Assembly (NCBI GenBank): GCA_035392545.1
Contig: DAONMJ010000001.1
Span: 1-61,312 of the forward strand
Reading direction: 5' to 3'
Source: a bacterium
GTDB taxonomy: Bacteria > Ratteibacteria > UBA8468 > B48-G9 > DTJG01
Length of the DNA stretch: 61,312 nt
The notes under the pieces are model-generated. The model did no database searches. It was not told the origin of the DNA and worked only from the letters and a program-made list of their open reading frames with translations. Numbering within the stretch: the stretch's first letter is position 1; every line of letters begins with the position of its first letter. This document shows, in pieces, positions 57,218 through 61,312 of this stretch. A program made the position numbers and the translations under genes.

Positions 57218-58339
57218 ATGAAGAAAAAAATAAGGCTTTCAAAACCCTGCATTGAAAATAAAGCTGCCGTATTGAATTCAGCCAGCAAAATACTGGAAAC
57301 TGGTTTCCTCGCACAGGGAAAGTATGTATCCCTTTTTGAAAGTCATGTCGCCACATATCTTGATGTTAAACACGCGATAGCGGTTTCTTCGGGTACTGCT
57401 GCAATCCACCTTTCCTTAATTGCAACTGGTATTAAATCTGGCGATGAAGTCATCGTACCCGCTTACACTTTCCCTGCTACAGCAAACGTTGTGGAATTGC
57501 TTAATGCAAAACCTGTATTTGTAGATGTGGAACTTGACACATGTAATATTTCAACAGACCAGATAGAAAAACACCTGACATCCAGAACAAAAGCTATTAT
57601 ACCAGTACATCTTTTTGGTAATCCTGCGAACATGGATGAAATATTAAGTATTGCCAAAAAGTATAATTTACGGGTAATTGAAGATGCTGCTGGAGCATTT
57701 GGTTCGATTTATAAAGGGAAACAATGCGGTACCATAGGCGACGCAGGTTGTTTTAGCTGGCATCCGCGAAAACTAATCACCACAGGTGAAGGAGGAATGG
57801 TTGTCACAAATGATGACAAAATTGCTGAACTCATTTATATGCTCAGGAGCCATGGAATGAGAAAAAATGGGCCTCATTTTGATCTAATTCTTCCGGGTTT
57901 TAACTACAGAATGAATGAATTGGAAGCAATACTCGGATTGGCTCAAATAAAAAGAATAAAAAGAATATTGAAAGAAAGACAAAAACTTGCAAAATTCTAT
58001 TCAAATGAGCTACAAAATATCAAGAAAATTACAACACAAAAGGTTTATCCGGGTTGCATAAATTCGTGGCAAGCCTTCGTTATAAGATTTCTTACCAAAG
58101 TGTCCAGAGATTTTATTATAAAAAAATTTCAGCAATTTAATATAGAAACAAATATTGGCACATATGCATTGCACCTTTTAACCTATTATGCATCTAAATA
58201 CAAATTCAAACCATCGTCTTATCCCAATGCACAAAGTTTATATTTTAGCAACATAGCAATTCCATTTTATAATGGTATGAAAGATAATGATGTACGTATA
58301 GTAGTAAAAACCTTAAAAGGACTTTTACATGAAATTTGA
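57218..58339 (+). CDS. DegT/DnrJ/EryC1/StrS aminotransferase (second copy; ArnB/4-aminotransferase-like)
   Basis: VSSGTAAIHLSL, DEVIVPAYTFPATANV, IEDAAGAFGS and FSWHPRKLITTGEGGMVVTND are present. The product is 373 aa. Confidence 0.85.
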   Translation: MKKKIRLSKPCIENKAAVLNSASKILETGFLAQGKYVSLFESHVATYLDVKHAIAVSSGTAAIHLSLIATGIKSGDEVIVPAYTFPATANVVELLNAKPVFVDVELDTCNISTDQIEKHLTSRTKAIIPVHLFGNPANMDEILSIAKKYNLRVIEDAAGAFGSIYKGKQCGTIGDAGCFSWHPRKLITTGEGGMVVTNDDKIAELIYMLRSHGMRKNGPHFDLILPGFNYRMNELEAILGLAQIKRIKRILKERQKLAKFYSNELQNIKKITTQKVYPGCINSWQAFVIRFLTKVSRDFIIKKFQQFNIETNIGTYALHLLTYYASKYKFKPSSYPNAQSLYFSNIAIPFYNGMKDNDVRIVVKTLKGLLHEI

Positions 58340-58859
58340 TTCGAACAGGCATAACAAGAGTCACGGTACCGGAGAATTCAAATTAGAAGATTTCAAACAC
58401 CTGGGGCAAAATGTAATTTTTGAAAAAAATATAATGGTATTTCACCCAGAAAATATTGAAATAGGCAATAATGTGTATATAGGACATGGCACAATACTGA
58501 AAGGTTATTACAAAAATCTTATGGTAATAGGAGACCATACATGGATAGGACAACAGTGTTTCCTTCATAGTGCTGGCGGAATATTGATAGGTAAAGCCGT
58601 TGGCATAGGTCCAAAGGTAATAATAATAACCTCTCAGCATGAAGCTCAGGACATTGATGTGCCGGTTTATTTTTCACCTTTAAAACTTGAAAAAGTTGAA
58701 ATCGGAGACGGATGTGATATTGGAGCCGGTGCTATTATTCTTCCTGGAGTAAAAATTGGAAAAGGCGCCATCATAGGCGCAGGGGCCGTAGTAACAAAAA
58801 ACATTCCTCAATATGAAATCTGGGCTGGTGTGCCTGCGCGTAAAATTAAAACAAGATAA
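58329..58859 (+). CDS. hexapeptide-repeat (LbH) acyl/acetyltransferase
   Basis: Hexapeptide repeats are present: IGNNVYIGHGTIL, IGDGCDIGAGAIILPGVKIGKGAIIGAGAVV, WAGVPARKI. N- versus O-acyl specificity cannot be told from the sequence. Confidence 0.8.
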   Translation: MKFDSNRHNKSHGTGEFKLEDFKHLGQNVIFEKNIMVFHPENIEIGNNVYIGHGTILKGYYKNLMVIGDHTWIGQQCFLHSAGGILIGKAVGIGPKVIIITSQHEAQDIDVPVYFSPLKLEKVEIGDGCDIGAGAIILPGVKIGKGAIIGAGAVVTKNIPQYEIWAGVPARKIKTR

Positions 58860-58867
58860 AAATTTCC

Positions 58868-59928
58868 ATGAAAGTTCTACATCTACCAGTAAATGTTGCT
58901 TCTATTCCATCACACACAGTACGAGGGCTCAAAAAAATAGGAATTGATGCCCGCGGACTCATATTTGATAACAAATACTGTCAATCTTCCAAAGGCATGA
59001 CCGTTATTCGCATTTCTGGAAGTAAAAAATTTGAAAAAGAACTAAAAAAAATAGTTTTTACATACAATTTTTTCAAATCAGTCAGATGGGCTGACATCAT
59101 ACATTGGTACTTCGGAAGTTCAATACTTCCGTGGAATATTGATATTAAATGGATACATCTTCTTAAAAAACCTTCATTAATTGAATGGCTCGGTTCTGAT
59201 ATTAGAATACCGGAAATTGAATTTAACGATAATCCCTATTACAGAAAGGTATTTCCTAACATCAAAATACCCTCCAAACAGTTCAAAAAATCTATTAAAA
59301 AACAAGAGATGTTTATTAAAAATGGTTTTATCGCCATAGTACCTCCCTGTATGCAACAATACTTGCAAAAACACCTGTGGCCAGAATTTTATATTTTTAG
59401 ACAAAGAATTATGTTATCTGACTATGTGCCCTGTTATCCTTCTCCTGAAACAAAAAAACCTATTGTGGTTCATTCTCCAACAAATCCAGTCATAAAAGGA
59501 ACACCTATTGTCATTGAAATAATCAATAAGTTGAAAAAAAATATGCCTTTGAATTTAAACTTATTGAAAATGTAAAACGTACAGAAGCACTGGAAATTAT
59601 GAAAAATGCTGATATTTTTCTAGACCAGTTTGTCCTCGGTGCGCATGGTATGGCATGTCTTGAAGCAATGGCATATGGTAAACCAGTACTATGTTATATC
59701 AAGCCATCCCTGATTCCGCAGTATCCAGACGACCTGCCAATTGTAAATGCAAATCCGGATAATCTCGAAATTGTACTTGAGGAATTACTGCTGAACGGAA
59801 AAAAAAGATGTGAATTAGGCAAACAAGGACGTGCCTACGTTGAAAAATATCATGATGCAATGAAACTGAGTTATGATCTGGTATCCATCTATTCAAAAAT
59901 TATTGAAAAAAACAGACCCAATCACTAA
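58868..59928 (+). pseudogene. GT-B glycosyltransferase interrupted by a -1 frameshift in an A8 tract (pseudogene, phase-OFF allele or sequencing indel)
   Basis: ORF 58868-59575 forms the N-half and ORF 59599-59928 the C-half (GAHGMACLEAMAYGKPVLCYI). The second frame is already readable from 59530 as VEKKYAFEFKLIENVKRTEALEIMKNAD. The frames meet at A8 (59534-59541), and an A9 tract would restore a single ~350-aa ORF. Confidence 0.6.
59534..59541 (+). repeat. poly(A)8 homopolymer at the frameshift site of the split glycosyltransferase
   Basis: Read directly: ...aagttgAAAAAAAAtatgcc... Confidence 0.9.
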
Positions 59929-59932
59929 GATT

Positions 59933-61162
59933 TTAAACTTTCAATATTGATGCAAACTTCTCTGCCATAGATTTATGAGAATATTTGTCTATTATTTCAT
60001 CATTGCCTTTGAATCGTATTATCTTTCTTGTCTTCCATTCCTGATACCAGATTTTTAAGGTTTGATAAACTTGTTGTTCCTCCCAGCAAAAAATTCCGGC
60101 ACCTGTTTCTTCCAATAGATTCTTCACCACGCTTTGATTGTAACCGATTGCTAAAACAGGTCTTTTTGCACCAAGATACTCAAACAATTTTCCTGTGTAC
60201 ACTCCCTTGTCTTCGGGTAGCAACAAAAGCAGAATATGTGATGATTTTTGTATTTTAATAACATTTTCTCTTGCAACAATTCCGTTTTGATGCACTACTT
60301 TATCCAGATTGTACTTTCTTATCAGTTCATCTAATGCGGCATTATATCTGCAGAAAAAATTCACTTCTATGTCCTCTTCTATCCGCGAATCCCCAGAAAT
60401 AAGTTTTCTAAGTGCAATGAAAAGCAATTCTGGATCTCTTTCTTCCGGATAAATGCTTCCCGTATATGTAATAGAAAACTTCTGGTCAACTTGTGCATCA
60501 AAGTTATATTCGTCAGGGTCGAAACCATTAGGAATCGAAAAGGTCTCTTTATTATGAAATCGTCTCAGATGATCTGCAAGAGGTTCTGAGACTGTGGTTA
60601 TAAAATCTGCATTCTCAAGTAGTTTTTTTTCAACTGTTTCTTTCAGAAACTGCGTCGGTCTTGTATGTTTATGAAATGGGTTATGAGCCCATAAATCCCT
60701 GAAATCAGCAACCCAGACCAGTTGCGGAAAAATTTTTTTTAATTTATGAGCAATTGTATGACAGCTTATCGGACTGCATGTACTGATAATAGCAGAAATT
60801 GATTCTTTCTCAATCACATATTTCCCGGCATAAACACCATGTACAACCCATCCCTTTTTAGTATCTGGGAATGGAACAATCTCTGAAAAATTAGATAAAA
60901 AAATTTTATATAGTGGGGGATGGGATATAATCTGACTAAAATCAAAATATAATTTTTTTCTCAAATACCCCATTCTTTCCCTGAAAGGTGGATATGTTTC
61001 AACCATGTTATATTGAGAATCACGCGGTATGCCCAGTAATGGAGTTAGAACAAAAACTTTCCATCCATAATATGGCAGATACTTTGCAATACCTCTTGGT
61101 CTTAATGCGCCAACATTTCTGGCCGGTGGAAAAGAGTAGGAAATAAGAAGTAGATTTTTCAT
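59933..61162 (-). CDS. glycosyltransferase, GT-B fold (GT4-like)
   Basis: MKNLLLISYSFPPARNVGALRPRGIAKYLPYYGWKVFVLTP has the GT4 N-domain style. The C-terminal half has YTGSIYPEERDPE and GKLFEYLGAKRPVLAI. The product is 409 aa. Confidence 0.7.
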   Translation of the reverse strand: MKNLLLISYSFPPARNVGALRPRGIAKYLPYYGWKVFVLTPLLGIPRDSQYNMVETYPPFRERMGYLRKKLYFDFSQIISHPPLYKIFLSNFSEIVPFPDTKKGWVVHGVYAGKYVIEKESISAIISTCSPISCHTIAHKLKKIFPQLVWVADFRDLWAHNPFHKHTRPTQFLKETVEKKLLENADFITTVSEPLADHLRRFHNKETFSIPNGFDPDEYNFDAQVDQKFSITYTGSIYPEERDPELLFIALRKLISGDSRIEEDIEVNFFCRYNAALDELIRKYNLDKVVHQNGIVARENVIKIQKSSHILLLLLPEDKGVYTGKLFEYLGAKRPVLAIGYNQSVVKNLLEETGAGIFCWEEQQVYQTLKIWYQEWKTRKIIRFKGNDEIIDKYSHKSMAEKFASILKV

Positions 61163-61165
61163 CTT

Positions 61166-61312
61166 TCATGTCTCACTTAAACATTTTTTACATGCTTCAA
61201 TCACTTCTTCTACTGATATATCAAGCAGACATTTCCTGTTGTATGAACAGGCAAGTTTTGCCTTTCTCATTTTGCAGGGAGAACATGGAAAATTTTTGTA
61301 AAGTGCAATACT
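61166..61312 (-). CDS. C-terminal fragment of a third GT9 (heptosyltransferase-like) gene; the rest lies beyond the right window edge
   Basis: My own translation of the minus strand gives SIALYKNFPCSPCKMRKAKLACSYNRKCLLDISVEEVIEACKKCLSET*. It has the same C-terminal CxPC...C...C..I motif as the GT9 genes at 49679 and 51775. The stop codon is at 61166-61168, 3 nt before the next gene's start codon. Confidence 0.45.
   Translation of the reverse strand, partial: SIALYKNFPCSPCKMRKAKLACSYNRKCLLDISVEEVIEACKKCLSET

Noticed and set aside
1-61312. CRISPR arrays, transposases/integrases, prophage genes, toxin-antitoxin pairs and known defence systems
   Set aside because: I found no spaced direct repeats, no long terminal inverted repeats and no recognisable transposase, integrase, Cas or restriction motifs in any listed ORF. 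Only two non-coding gaps exceed 100 nt, which leaves no room for an unannotated array or structured RNA larger than a short leader.

Overview
The window is AT-rich, very tightly packed and almost entirely coding, with six strand blocks. It appears to come from a diderm, LPS-making bacterium, because lptF/lptG, lpxK and GT9 heptosyltransferase-like genes are present. All calls rest on reading the supplied translations and the DNA by eye. No similarity search was run, so family-level calls are much safer than substrate-level ones.

Layout:
- 1-53: 5' part of a tRNA-Ala(UGC) on the minus strand.
- 176-6793: a surface-glycan block with three GT-B glycosyltransferases, a WbaP-type initiating phosphoglycosyl transferase and an O-antigen-ligase/polymerase-like protein fused to TPR repeats.
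- 6.8-48.6 kb: housekeeping core.
  - rpmB, recJ, a glutaredoxin-like gene, dCMP deaminase, glyA, glyS, lptG/lptF and comF.
  - A second LeuD-like small subunit next to an IDH-type dehydrogenase.
  - purA, ilvBNC, thpR-recA, a Gfo/Idh/MocA gene, htrA, recX, alaS, a sigma factor and apt.
  - A minus-strand leuA-leuC-leuD-leuB-bioY-DUF1284-asd operon.
  - A fchA-folD-fhs C1-tetrahydrofolate cluster, then cca, a HIT gene, an EndoQ-like gene, lpxK, a synthetase-only guaA, and hisH-hisF.
- 48.6-61.3 kb: an LPS-core/amino-sugar accessory block. It holds an ELM1/DUF1022-like gene, three GT9 genes, several GT4-like genes, a stand-alone GlmU-N-like uridylyltransferase, a WlbA/WlbB/WlbC-type diacetamido-sugar triad, and an ArnA-C-like SDR with a DegT aminotransferase and an LbH acyltransferase.

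I found no rRNA, CRISPR array, transposase, integrase, prophage or recognisable defence system. Only two intergenic gaps exceed 100 nt.

The points most worth a second look are:
- a glycosyltransferase split by a frameshift inside an A8 tract;
- the two amino-sugar modules;
- the orphan LeuD paralogue translationally coupled to an isocitrate-dehydrogenase-type gene;
- the GATase-less GMP synthase subunit directly upstream of an isolated hisHF pair;
- a perfect consensus promoter followed by a hairpin and T7 run in the ilvB leader.

None of these is strong evidence for a wholly new system. They are leads that a search or read mapping could settle.
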